From an uncultured Treponemataceae bacterium (GTDB lineage Bacteria; Spirochaetota; Spirochaetia; Treponematales; Treponemataceae): a stretch of 64,000 nt of DNA. Positions 8,740 through 18,240 of the stretch are shown piece by piece. Within the stretch, counting starts at the first letter, position 1; each line of letters begins with the position of its first letter. The stretch spans positions 1,979-65,978 of the forward strand of contig CAYJPS010000002.1 of the NCBI GenBank assembly GCA_964372135.1, written 5' to 3'. A program made the position numbers and the translations under genes. The notes beneath the pieces are model-generated. The model did not search any database, was not told the origin of the DNA, and saw nothing but the letters and a program-made list of their open reading frames with translations.

Positions 8740-10770
8740 ATGGCACTGACCGTAACAGAAAAAATTTTGCAATCACACATCAATAAAGATTCATGCTCCG
8801 AAACTAGTTTTGTTTTGGGGCAACCAATAAAAGAAGGTACACCAATTGCAATAAAAATTGATCAAACCCTAACACAAGATGCAACAGGCACCATGGCTTA
8901 TCTTCAATTTGAAACCATTGGAATTCCTCGTGTAAAAACTGAAGTTTCAGTATCATATATTGACCACAATACATTACAAACTGACTTTAAAAATATGGAT
9001 GACCACCAATATTTACAAAGCATAGCTGCAAAATATGGATTATGGTTTTCTAGACCTGGAAATGGAATTTGCCATCAAGTACACCTAGAAAAGTTTGGTA
9101 TTCCAGGAAAAACACTGTTAGGCTCTGACTCTCATACCCCAACAGGTGGTGGCTTGGGGATGATAGCCATTGGTGCAGGAGGATTAGATGTTGCAGTTGC
9201 AATGGGGGGTGGCGCTTTTCACCTTGTAATGCCAAAAATAATAGGTGTGCATCTAAAAGGTAGCCTCAAAAACGGAACAAGTGCTAAAGATATTATTTTA
9301 GAAGTATTACGACAAGAGACTGTTAAAGGTGGTGTTTCTGCTGTTTATGAATATTTTGGTGAAGGTATAAAAAACTTATCTGTACCGCAAAGGGCAACTA
9401 TCACAAATATGGGAGCAGAACTCGGTGCAACTTGCAGTATTTTTCCTTCTGATTCAAACACAAAAGACTTTATGGACCTCATGGGAAGAGAAAGTGATTG
9501 GGTAGAAGTTAAAGCTGACGAGGGCGCAGCATACCACAAAGTTATCGAAATTAATCTTGATACATTATCACCACTGGCTGCTTGTCCACATTCTCCAGAT
9601 GCAATAAAAAAAATATCCGATATTGAAGGGAAAAAAGTAGACCAAGTTGTAATAGGTTCTTGCACAAACTCCTCACTTGATGATTTAGCAGCTGTTGCTA
9701 AAATCGTAAAAGGAAAACACATTGCACCCCATGTAGAGGCAGGCATAGCACCAGGTAGCCGTGCTACCCTGCTTTTAGCAGAAAAGTCTGGCATCTTAGG
9801 AGAACTCATTAGAGCTGGTTTCAGAATTCTAGAAAGCGCTTGTGGACCATGCATAGGACAAGGTTTTGCACCATCAACAGGTGCTGTAACACTGAGAACA
9901 TTTAATCGAAATTTTAAAGGAAGAAGTGGAAGCGCTGAAGCAGAGGTATATCTTGTATCCCCTGAAACAGCAGCTAGTGCCGCAATTACGGGAGTAATTA
10001 CTAACCCTCAAACTATCATTGATAATCCAACACATGATGCAAACGCAACATTTGCTGGTAGCACAAATCTTTTGTCCGAAGACATCCAATCAATTACAAA
10101 AGATGAGGGCATGCTTATAGCACCTATTAACGAAGCAGAAGCTGAAAAAATTGAAATAATTAGAGGTCCAAATATAAAACCATGCCCAAAAGCACCAGAA
10201 ATGAAGGCAACATTAGAGCTCCCGCTAGTACTAAAAGCATCAGACAATGTTTCAACAGATGACATACTTCCAGCTGGTGCAAAAATGCTTCCATTGCGTT
10301 CAAACATTCCTGAAATTTCAAAGTTTACTCTTGAAAGAATAGATGAAAATTTTTATGCAAATGCTAAACTCATCATGGATAATGGCTATGATGGCTCTAT
10401 CATTGTTGGCGGTGATAACTATGGACAAGGTTCATCGAGGGAACACGCAGCGTTAGCACCAATGTACTTAGGAGTTAGATGCGTATTGGTAAAATCATTT
10501 GCTCGTATACACAAAGCAAACCTCATAAATTATGGGATAATTCCGCTTCAATTTAAGAATCCAGAAGATTATGACAAACTGTCCAAGGATGATATTATTG
10601 TTCTTACGAATATTGAAGATGCCTTGAAAACAGGAAATGATTTTATTCTTGATGTAAAAACAAGCTCTGGAAATATAACTATTGAAGCAATTAATGATTT
10701 TCCAGAACGTTCTAGAAAAATAATAAAAGCAGGTGGACTTACTCAATACACAAAATGTGGAGGCCAATAA
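8740..10770 (+). CDS. aconitate hydratase (aconitase family, catalytic plus swivel domains in one chain)
   Basis: DQTLTQDATG, GSDSHT, IGSCTNSS, CGPCIG and YGQGSSREHAA motifs. I moved the start to the ATG at 8740 because GGAGG (8730-8734) precedes it; the ORF-track start at 8722 is a TTG. Confidence 0.85.
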   Translation: MALTVTEKILQSHINKDSCSETSFVLGQPIKEGTPIAIKIDQTLTQDATGTMAYLQFETIGIPRVKTEVSVSYIDHNTLQTDFKNMDDHQYLQSIAAKYGLWFSRPGNGICHQVHLEKFGIPGKTLLGSDSHTPTGGGLGMIAIGAGGLDVAVAMGGGAFHLVMPKIIGVHLKGSLKNGTSAKDIILEVLRQETVKGGVSAVYEYFGEGIKNLSVPQRATITNMGAELGATCSIFPSDSNTKDFMDLMGRESDWVEVKADEGAAYHKVIEINLDTLSPLAACPHSPDAIKKISDIEGKKVDQVVIGSCTNSSLDDLAAVAKIVKGKHIAPHVEAGIAPGSRATLLLAEKSGILGELIRAGFRILESACGPCIGQGFAPSTGAVTLRTFNRNFKGRSGSAEAEVYLVSPETAASAAITGVITNPQTIIDNPTHDANATFAGSTNLLSEDIQSITKDEGMLIAPINEAEAEKIEIIRGPNIKPCPKAPEMKATLELPLVLKASDNVSTDDILPAGAKMLPLRSNIPEISKFTLERIDENFYANAKLIMDNGYDGSIIVGGDNYGQGSSREHAALAPMYLGVRCVLVKSFARIHKANLINYGIIPLQFKNPEDYDKLSKDDIIVLTNIEDALKTGNDFILDVKTSSGNITIEAINDFPERSRKIIKAGGLTQYTKCGGQ

Positions 10771-10773
10771 TAA

Positions 10774-12021
10774 ATGCATAGTGAGACCTATGAGGCAGTA
10801 AGAGATCCTTTATGGAAACATGTTCACATTCCTTCAAAACTCTATGAAGCGGTAAACACCGAAGCCTTTGCACGTCTCACTCGAATTCGACAATTAGGAC
10901 CGACGTTTTTAGTGTATCCTGGAGCAACCCATACTAGAGCGTCACACTCTTTTGGTGTTTTCCACATTGCCATGAGACTTTTGGAAAGGCTCCTCCCACT
11001 AGGCGCAAAGGAATGGACAACAGAAAAAGGATGCAAGTCTTTCGCTGCTGCTGCTCTATTTCATGATTTAGGACATTTTCCATACACCCACTCACTAAAA
11101 GAGCTCCCCTTAGTTGAGCATGAAGAGCTCACCGCTAAGCTGATTCTTTCTGAACCACTTTGTTCCATTATTGAATCATATGGAGCTGATGTAGAGCAAA
11201 CGGCAGCAATAGTCGATGACAATTGTAATATTTCAACAAATATGGAAGAAACTCTTTTTTTTAGAAAGTTGCTATCTGGCGTCCTAGATCCAGATAAACT
11301 TGATTATTTGAACAGAGATGCGTTTTTTTGTGGTGTTCCCTATGGTGTACAAGACATTGATTTTATACTTTCCGTTATTTATCCTGATATACACAATGGC
11401 ATTTGTGTTGAATCAAGCGGTATTTCATCTGTAGAAAATATACTTTTTTCTAAATATTTAATGTACAAGGCGGTTTATTGGCACAAACAAGTAAGAATGG
11501 CCACAGCAATGATGAAAAAAACGCTCTCCTTTGCACTACAGAATAACATAGTTAAACCTGAAGAATTATATCCCCTAGATGATGAAGGCATCCACCGACT
11601 CTTATTTGAACGGTATACATCAGTCGGAAATAGGAATTTTGAAGAGTACATATGTGCTTTAGAACTAAGAGAACAGCGCCTTTACACTACAATAGTAGAA
11701 ATACCATTTAACAGTAGCAATAGCAATCATGCTTATCTTGAAATTTTAGAAAACAGAACACAAAATGAAAAAGAGGTTGCACATATTTTGCAATGTTCTC
11801 CTTCGAATGTGATCATTGATATTCCTGAGAGAATTAGTTTTGAAAGCGATTTACAAATAAGGGATTTAGATACTAGCTTTTCGAATAGCCCAACCGTTTT
11901 TTCTCAAAGTACCGTTTCTTCATTTGTGTCTTCACTAAGAAAAATTCGAATTGGAGTACACTCAAAAAAAGTACAGGTAAATAGCAAACTTATCGAAAAA
12001 ATCATTGCATTATATCAATAA
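10774..12021 (+). CDS. HD-domain phosphohydrolase (dNTP triphosphohydrolase / SAMHD1-like family)
   Basis: RASHSFGV, FHDLGHFPYTHS and LDPDKLDYLNRDAFFCGVPYG motifs. The start is 1 nt after the aconitase stop. Confidence 0.75.
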   Translation: MHSETYEAVRDPLWKHVHIPSKLYEAVNTEAFARLTRIRQLGPTFLVYPGATHTRASHSFGVFHIAMRLLERLLPLGAKEWTTEKGCKSFAAAALFHDLGHFPYTHSLKELPLVEHEELTAKLILSEPLCSIIESYGADVEQTAAIVDDNCNISTNMEETLFFRKLLSGVLDPDKLDYLNRDAFFCGVPYGVQDIDFILSVIYPDIHNGICVESSGISSVENILFSKYLMYKAVYWHKQVRMATAMMKKTLSFALQNNIVKPEELYPLDDEGIHRLLFERYTSVGNRNFEEYICALELREQRLYTTIVEIPFNSSNSNHAYLEILENRTQNEKEVAHILQCSPSNVIIDIPERISFESDLQIRDLDTSFSNSPTVFSQSTVSSFVSSLRKIRIGVHSKKVQVNSKLIEKIIALYQ

Positions 12022-12075
12022 TTAGTATATACTGTTAATAATAATATTTTAATTATCTATTTCGGTGGTAAAAAA

Positions 12076-12780
12076 ATGAAAATACATAACATCCTTGAAG
12101 AGCAAATATTAAGTCGCGTAAAAACAATTTACGAAGACAAGGACATTCAAAGTGCTCCTTGGTTTCATTGTGGTTGTGAACAATGTAGACTTGATACAAC
12201 AGCTTACGTACTCAACAGAATGCAACCTCGTTACGTAGTATCAGAAAGAGGTATTGCGCATGCTGTAGCGGACCAGGGTGACCAACTTGATGCCGATGTA
12301 GATTTTTTAATCATTGAAGGAATAAAGAAAATATCAACTGTAAGACGATCTTTCCATGGGAAAACAGACCTATTTGAAGATGATATCAACGACTTAGAGT
12401 CTGCTTATAATTTTCCTATTTTTCATGGCGCTCTTTTTGATGGGGAATCATTTGAGCCAGTAATTAAAGGTACCATAATTCTCAAATTAGACAATATGCC
12501 TGTTGAAATGATTGATGAAACGTGGAGTAATCCATACCCTCTTCATGATTCTACAAATGGAGCGTACGCATTTTGGGTGAAGCCAATCCCTTCTGAAGTT
12601 TATGACCAGGAAAAGGTGTTTAATTTTCAAATTGAAGTTATTTCAGATGATTATAATACAACTCACTATGCTTTTTCACTTCCGATTACGAGCGAAAAAC
12701 ATCATAGTATAACCCCTGACACAACATATAGATTTAAAATTGAAGACTTACACTTATTTTCGGGTGATGAAGACGAATAA
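12076..12780 (+). CDS. ComFB-like domain protein with a C-terminal domain of unknown function
   Basis: The N-terminal ~90 aa contain CGCEQCRLDTTAYVLNRMQPRYVVSERG, which resembles the Cys-rich ComFB motif. The remaining ~140 aa are unassigned. Confidence 0.45.
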   Translation: MKIHNILEEQILSRVKTIYEDKDIQSAPWFHCGCEQCRLDTTAYVLNRMQPRYVVSERGIAHAVADQGDQLDADVDFLIIEGIKKISTVRRSFHGKTDLFEDDINDLESAYNFPIFHGALFDGESFEPVIKGTIILKLDNMPVEMIDETWSNPYPLHDSTNGAYAFWVKPIPSEVYDQEKVFNFQIEVISDDYNTTHYAFSLPITSEKHHSITPDTTYRFKIEDLHLFSGDEDE

Positions 12781-12782
12781 TT

Positions 12783-12807
12783 AAAAAGGCACGGACTGCC
12801 TTTTTTT
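12783..12807 (+). terminator. rho-independent terminator, possibly bidirectional
   Basis: The hairpin aaggca-cggac-tgcctt is flanked by an A-run upstream and a T-run downstream. It lies between convergent genes. Confidence 0.65.
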
Positions 12808-12824
12808 GTGTTCAAAATTTTTCG

Positions 12825-13631
12825 TTATAATTGAATTACTGACTTTGCAATATTAACTATACATGTTGCAATGATTAAGACTTGAATTCCGTTAAATAAT
12901 ATAGCAATAGAATCGTTTGTCATTTTCTTTTTTATTCCAGTTCCAACAAATCCACCAATAATTGCAAATAAAATCATAAAAGGTGCAATTGTTAAATCAT
13001 AGCTCGAAAATCCTGTTGTTAATAATATTTGTAAAAGCTTCGATGATTGAGAAAAGAATATTACTAATATACTAGAAAATGCTGCGGTTTTCATATCAAA
13101 TGAAAACATGAACATAATAACTGCTACATTTATTGGCCCGCCACCAATACCTAAAAATGCAGAAACTAAACCGAGTCCAATACCAGTGCAAATATATGCT
13201 ACATAAGATGAATGCTTTAGAGTCCTGATTCTTTTTAATAGGAATAAAAATATTGATATTGAAACACTCACGAAAAAGAATATAATATTTTGTATGAGTG
13301 TTATAAGTGTACTTGAACCTACTGATTGTGCTACAAGGTTGAAAATAGTTTGCCCTAGAATGCCACCAATTACACCACCAAGCCCAAGCACAACTAAACG
13401 TGAAGGTGATGACCAAGGCTCATCTTGAATATCGCTTTTCCCCCTACTTTTAATGAGAGAAACTATAGACATAGAATAGACGGTAATACTACTTAATAAA
13501 CTGATTGTTATTGCATCATAATGGCCAATTAAATCCATTATTGGCTTTACAATTACCCCACCACCCATGCCACTTATTGAGCCAGCGGTACAGGCAACTA
13601 AAGCAAGAATTGAATAAATTACGTATTGCAT
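12825..13631 (-). CDS. TauE/SafE family sulfite/anion exporter
   Basis: 268-aa multi-TM protein with MQYVIYSILALVACTAGSISGMGGGVIVKPIM and a second GIGGGPINV repeat. The 31-codon N-terminal extension in the ORF track is tRNA sequence read as protein. Confidence 0.8.
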   Translation of the reverse strand: MQYVIYSILALVACTAGSISGMGGGVIVKPIMDLIGHYDAITISLLSSITVYSMSIVSLIKSRGKSDIQDEPWSSPSRLVVLGLGGVIGGILGQTIFNLVAQSVGSSTLITLIQNIIFFFVSVSISIFLFLLKRIRTLKHSSYVAYICTGIGLGLVSAFLGIGGGPINVAVIMFMFSFDMKTAAFSSILVIFFSQSSKLLQILLTTGFSSYDLTIAPFMILFAIIGGFVGTGIKKKMTNDSIAILFNGIQVLIIATCIVNIAKSVIQL

Positions 13632-13632
13632 T

Positions 13633-13705
13633 TCGGAACGACAGGATTCGAACCTGCGACATCCTGGTCCCAAACCAGGCGCGCTACCAGCTGCGCTACA
13701 TTCCG
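13633..13705 (-). tRNA. tRNA-Pro (anticodon TGG), no encoded CCA
   Basis: The minus strand folds by hand into a cloverleaf: CGGAATG TA GCGC AGCTGGTA GCGC G CCTGG TTTGGGA CCAGG ATGTC GCAGG TTCGAAT CCTGT CGTTCCG A. The T-loop is TTCGAAT and the anticodon loop is TT-TGG-GA. Confidence 0.9.
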
Positions 13706-13744
13706 TTGTAAACTTCCTTGACAATGCAAGTCATTACGTGAAAT

Positions 13745-13774
13745 ATATTAGCACAAAACGGTTATTTTTGTCAA
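13745..13774 (-). promoter_or_regulatory. sigma70-type promoter for tRNA-Pro / tauE-like transcript
   Basis: Minus strand TTGACA (13769-13774), 18 nt, TGc-TAATAT (extended -10, 13745-13753), about 35 nt upstream of the tRNA 5' end. Confidence 0.55.
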
Positions 13775-13789
13775 GAGGGCATGGGGAAT

Positions 13790-14074
13790 AATTCGTAATT
13801 CGTAATTCGTAATGAAATTAATGCTTCATTCTGATTTTTGCGTCTCCCACCAAGACTGGTCATTTTTAAATCCACAGATTTCACAGATGACGCAGATTTT
13901 TATTTTTGAGTATTGAATTTTATTGCGAAAACCACCACAATAGTAAAAGCAAAAATAATTATATTTTTGACATGTTTTAGTCTTCATTTTATCTAAAAAT
14001 TTCTGTAGAATTTTCCAGTAAAAATCCCCAGCAATCTGTAAATACCTTTCCGCTAATTCCTAATTACAATCCCC
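13790..14074. repeat. family 1 composite repeat element, copy at tRNA-Pro/ileS intergenic
   Basis: In order: 3 tandem AATTCGT heptamers (13790-13810), cattctgattttt, ctcccaccaagactggtcat, atccacagatttcacagatgacgcagatt, an internal ~110 nt similar to 45.43-45.55 kb, then aatctgtaaa...ctaattcctaatt. Confidence 0.7.
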
Positions 14075-14103
14075 TTGAGTATTTAGTAAAAATATGGTAT
14101 TTT
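14075..14103 (+). promoter_or_regulatory. possible sigma70-type promoter for ileS
   Basis: TTGAGT (14075-14080), 17 nt, TGg-TATTTT (14096-14103). The -10 is weak. Confidence 0.3.
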
Positions 14104-14137
14104 ATTACATATATATAAATAAATGTGAGGTTTTATT

Positions 14138-17100
14138 TTGTACCAGAATGTAGATCCAAAGGTAAATTTTTCAAAGCAAGAAGAAACAATTTTAGAGTTT
14201 TGGAAAAAGAACGATATTTTTAAAAAGTCAATTGACGCACGTGAAGGCCAAGCTGAATATGTTTTTTATGATGGGCCTCCTTTTGCAACCGGCTTACCAC
14301 ACTTTGGGCACTTTATTCCAAATACTATAAAAGACATTATTCCACGCTACCAAACAATGAAAGGTAAAAAGGTTGAACGCCGCTTTGGTTGGGATTGTCA
14401 TGGGCTTCCGGTTGAAAACCTCATTGAAAAAGAACTCGGTCTTAACTCAAAGACAGATATTGAAAAATTTGGTGTAGATAAATTTAACGAAGCATGCCGA
14501 GAAAGTGTTTTGCGCTATGTAAACGAATGGAAACAAACAATTACACGTCTTGGCCGTTGGGTAGATTTTGAAAACGACTATAAAACCATGGATTCAAGCT
14601 ACATGGAATCTATTTGGTGGATTTTAAAAACGCTGTGGGAAAAAAATCTTTTGACTGAAGGTTTTTATATTTTGCCATACTGCCCACGTTGTGCAACCGT
14701 TCTTTCTAACCATGAATTAAGTCTCGGTGGATACAAAGATGTTCACGACCCAGCAGTTACCGTGCGCTTCAAGATAAAAGAAGGAAACGCAAATGTTACA
14801 GACATAGAGAACACCTACTTTTTAGCATGGACAACAACACCTTGGACTCTACCTTCTAACCTTGGGCTTGCAGTAGGTCCAGACGTTGACTACGTAAAAA
14901 TTAAAGACGGAGACGCCTTTTACATTTTTGCTCAATCTCGGCTTTCAGCTTATTATAAAAATGAAGAAGATTACAGTATTGTATGGACAAAAAAAGGCTC
15001 TGAGCTTAAAGATATGCGCTATGAGCCACTCTTCCCATACTTTGCTGAGCACGCTAACGCAACTGAAGACTATCCTAAATCAATTGGTGCTTTTAGAGTT
15101 TTTGTTGGAGAATTTGTTACAACAGAAGATGGTACTGGTATTGTACACACAGCACCTGGTTTTGGTGAAGAAGATAATAAACTTTTTAAAGGTACAAATA
15201 TTCCAACTGTTTGTCCAATAGATGCAGAATGTAAGTTTACCAATGAAGTTTCAGATTATGAAGGACGTTTTGTAAAAGAATGTGACAAAGATATTATAGA
15301 ACGCCTCAAAAACGAAGGAAGTCTTGTAAAACGAGACCAAATTCTTCACTCATACCCCCACTGCTGGAGATGCGGAAGTCCACTTATTTACCGAGCTATC
15401 GGAAGTTGGTTTGTTGGTGTAGAATCAATCCGTGATAAGCTCTTAAAAGCAAATGATCAAATCACGTGGCAGCCCGAACATATCAAGGCAGGACGCTTTG
15501 GTAAATGGCTCGAAGGAGCACGCGACTGGGCAATTAGTAGAAACCGCTACTGGGGAAACCCAATACCAGTGTGGAAATGCGATGATTGTGGAAAAAACAT
15601 TTGTGTTGGAAGCCGAGATGAGTTAAAAGAGCTCTCTGGCCAATATCCAGAAGATTTACACAAACACTTTGTAGACAAAATAGAAATACCTTGCGAATGT
15701 GGAAAAACGATGAAACGTGTTCCAGAAGTATTAGACTGTTGGTTTGAATCAGGTTCTATGCCGTATGCGCAAAATCATTACCCATTTGAAAACAAAGAAT
15801 ATTTTGAAGGCCACTACCCTGCTGATTTTATTTCTGAAGGACTCGACCAAACAAGAGGATGGTTTTACTCTCTCACTGTTTTGGCAGCAGCGCTTTTTGA
15901 AAAACCAGCATTTAAGAATTGTATTGTAAACGGCCTAATCTTAGCTTCAGATGGGAAGAAAATGTCTAAAAGCTTAAAGAATTACACCGACCCTGCCATT
16001 GTTATGGATCAGTTTGGCGCAGATGCAATTCGTATGTTCTTAATTCACTCAGCTGCAGTAAAAGCTGATGACCTAAAATATTCCGATGAAGGTGTGCGCG
16101 ATGTTCTCAAAGGCGTTCTTATTCCACTATGGAACTCATACAGCTTCTTTGTAACGTACGCAAACATTGACGGCCTAAAAGCTTCTGGGAAAGCGTTTGA
16201 TAATGCATTACCAGTAAATCCTTTGGACCGTTGGATATTATCAATTACACAGAAAATGGTTAAAGATGTAACAGAAGCAATGGATAACTACGACTTATCA
16301 AAAGCGATAGATCCAATTGTTTTATATATTGACCAATTAAATAACTGGTATATCCGACGAAGCAGAAGGCGCTTTTGGAGAAGTGAAAATGATGGCGATA
16401 AAACAGAAGCATATGAAACATTGTACAGTGCACTAAAAACATTTACACAAGTTGCGGCTCCTGTTATTCCTTTTATTACTGAAGCGATGTGGCAAAATCT
16501 TCGACTGGGCGATGATAAAGAGTCTGTTCACTTATGTGACTACCCTCAATATGATGAATCAAAGAGAGATTTAAGCCTAGAGTTCGAAATGGATACAGTA
16601 CAAAAAGCTGTATCAATGGGTCGCTCTTTACGATATCAGTACAACTTAAAAATTAGACAACCATTAAAAAGTGTTGAATTTGTAACTCGAAATCCGGAAG
16701 AAAAAACAGTTTTACTTGCAATGGAAGAATCAATTCGAGAAGAATTGAATGTTAAAAAAATCGTATTCCACGAAAGAGAAGATGAACTTGTTGAATATAA
16801 GGCAAAGGCAAACTTTAGAACACTAGGTAAAGAACTTGGCCCATTAATGAAAAAAGCCTCTAGCATAATTGAAGAGCTTGACCAAAATGCAATACAGTCA
16901 TTATTGGAAGGTTCTACATTAAGTATTGACGTAGAAGGAAAAACAGTTGAGCTTACCGAAGAAAAAATTATTGTTGAGCGTATTGAAAAAGCTAACCTTA
17001 AAGTATTAAATGAAGGTACTCTCACCGTTGCACTTGATTCAGAAATTACCGAAGAGCTACGACTTGAAGGATATGTTCGAGACTTAGTACGAGGTATTCA

Positions 17101-17329
17101 AAATGAACGAAAAGAAAAAGGACTTGAAGTAAGTGATAGAATAAACCTATGCGTGTCAAGTAGCAGTAAAGATGATTTTGAAGATCTGAACAAAGCCTTT
17201 GATGATTTCGTCGATTATATTTCTAGTGAAACACTTTGCGTAGAGGCAACATGGGTTGACTCTATTACAAAAGGAACAGACATCGAAGCAGGCGACTGCA
17301 CTTGGAGGATTTCAATTGAAAAAGCATAA
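14138..17329 (+). CDS. ileS: isoleucine--tRNA ligase (long, type 2-like form)
   Basis: 1063 aa with PPFATGLPHFGHF (HIGH region), KMSKSLKNY (KMSKS) and an editing-domain insertion. TTG start with GTGAGG RBS 8 nt upstream. Confidence 0.95.
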   Translation: MYQNVDPKVNFSKQEETILEFWKKNDIFKKSIDAREGQAEYVFYDGPPFATGLPHFGHFIPNTIKDIIPRYQTMKGKKVERRFGWDCHGLPVENLIEKELGLNSKTDIEKFGVDKFNEACRESVLRYVNEWKQTITRLGRWVDFENDYKTMDSSYMESIWWILKTLWEKNLLTEGFYILPYCPRCATVLSNHELSLGGYKDVHDPAVTVRFKIKEGNANVTDIENTYFLAWTTTPWTLPSNLGLAVGPDVDYVKIKDGDAFYIFAQSRLSAYYKNEEDYSIVWTKKGSELKDMRYEPLFPYFAEHANATEDYPKSIGAFRVFVGEFVTTEDGTGIVHTAPGFGEEDNKLFKGTNIPTVCPIDAECKFTNEVSDYEGRFVKECDKDIIERLKNEGSLVKRDQILHSYPHCWRCGSPLIYRAIGSWFVGVESIRDKLLKANDQITWQPEHIKAGRFGKWLEGARDWAISRNRYWGNPIPVWKCDDCGKNICVGSRDELKELSGQYPEDLHKHFVDKIEIPCECGKTMKRVPEVLDCWFESGSMPYAQNHYPFENKEYFEGHYPADFISEGLDQTRGWFYSLTVLAAALFEKPAFKNCIVNGLILASDGKKMSKSLKNYTDPAIVMDQFGADAIRMFLIHSAAVKADDLKYSDEGVRDVLKGVLIPLWNSYSFFVTYANIDGLKASGKAFDNALPVNPLDRWILSITQKMVKDVTEAMDNYDLSKAIDPIVLYIDQLNNWYIRRSRRRFWRSENDGDKTEAYETLYSALKTFTQVAAPVIPFITEAMWQNLRLGDDKESVHLCDYPQYDESKRDLSLEFEMDTVQKAVSMGRSLRYQYNLKIRQPLKSVEFVTRNPEEKTVLLAMEESIREELNVKKIVFHEREDELVEYKAKANFRTLGKELGPLMKKASSIIEELDQNAIQSLLEGSTLSIDVEGKTVELTEEKIIVERIEKANLKVLNEGTLTVALDSEITEELRLEGYVRDLVRGIQNERKEKGLEVSDRINLCVSSSSKDDFEDLNKAFDDFVDYISSETLCVEATWVDSITKGTDIEAGDCTWRISIEKA

Positions 17330-18194
17330 CTATTTTTTTGCATTAACCATTTTAATTATTCTTGCTCTTACCGGCTGTGCTACTATGCCAGACTTCACAA
17401 AAGAGATAGACCCACTAACTATTTTTGATGAAAATGCTACAATGTATGCACATGTAAAAATATCAGGAAATGAGGGTGTATTAGAAAACCTTATTCTTAA
17501 TAATATTGAGGGAATGGATGAAGACTCATTAGATACTATTCTTGAGCGAAGTCATTCACTGTATATTGCAGTTTTTGAGGAAACTGCAAGTACACCTGCA
17601 TATATTCAACTTGCACTTCAAGGCTCTTTTCCAGTATTATTTGTCAATGCCTCCCTCAACTCAAATAGGGGCTGGCAAAACCATAGTGCAGACATTGACG
17701 GTAGTACCTATAGGTACAAACAACATTCTACAGGAATAGAACTTGCAACTCTTTCTTCAAATCTCATTGTATTATCAAGCCACAATGTAAGCAGAATGCA
17801 AAACAGATTTATGAAATCCTTGTTTAATACCATTGTATTCCCTGTAGCCTACGATGAACAAGGTATAGCTAATTCAATCAACACATTATTTATGAATGAT
17901 TCATCAATTGCTTTTTATTTTCCTGAAGCTAAGTCTCTCATTTCATCTATGATTCCTATTCCCATTGAGCTTGCAGTTGATTATGCGTATGCATCTATAA
18001 CCATTATAGATGATGAAAACTTTTTGCTTTCGGTACAATTAAAAATGCAGGATGAAAGACTGGCAAGAGGAACCATGACATTGCTGTCTCTTGCACTACT
18101 TGGATCAAATATAAAAGCAGAGCTTCTAGAAGGCGGAATCATTGCACTCTCAGATTTACCTCTTAGCGCTACTTTTTTAGAAGAAATGTTTTAA
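17316..18194 (+). CDS. putative lipoprotein
   Basis: I place the start at TTG 17316, preceded by GGAGGA (17304-17309); it overlaps the ileS stop. The N-terminus (M)KKHNYFFALTILIILALTGCATM has lipobox LTGC. Confidence 0.6.
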   Translation: MKKHNYFFALTILIILALTGCATMPDFTKEIDPLTIFDENATMYAHVKISGNEGVLENLILNNIEGMDEDSLDTILERSHSLYIAVFEETASTPAYIQLALQGSFPVLFVNASLNSNRGWQNHSADIDGSTYRYKQHSTGIELATLSSNLIVLSSHNVSRMQNRFMKSLFNTIVFPVAYDEQGIANSINTLFMNDSSIAFYFPEAKSLISSMIPIPIELAVDYAYASITIIDDENFLLSVQLKMQDERLARGTMTLLSLALLGSNIKAELLEGGIIALSDLPLSATFLEEMF

Positions 18195-18199
18195 TAAAT

Positions 18200-18227
18200 C
18201 ACGACTTGCGTCGTGGCTCCTTTTTTT
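18200..18227 (+). terminator. rho-independent terminator
   Basis: cacgac-ttgc-gtcgtg hairpin followed by gctcc and ttttttt. Confidence 0.7.
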
Positions 18228-18240
18228 AATTAATTTTTAT

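Noticed and set aside
13632-13724. N-terminal extension of the 299-aa ORF (MSRKFTTECSAAGSAPGLGPGCRRFESCRSE).
   Set aside because: This stretch is tRNA-Pro read as protein. The TauE/SafE homology begins at the internal Met (13631).
13775-14137. The long region upstream of ileS could be a T-box or other leader regulating the synthetase.
   Set aside because: I saw no T-box-like conserved 14-mer or specifier-loop architecture. The region is accounted for by a family 1 repeat copy, which also occurs next to unrelated genes.
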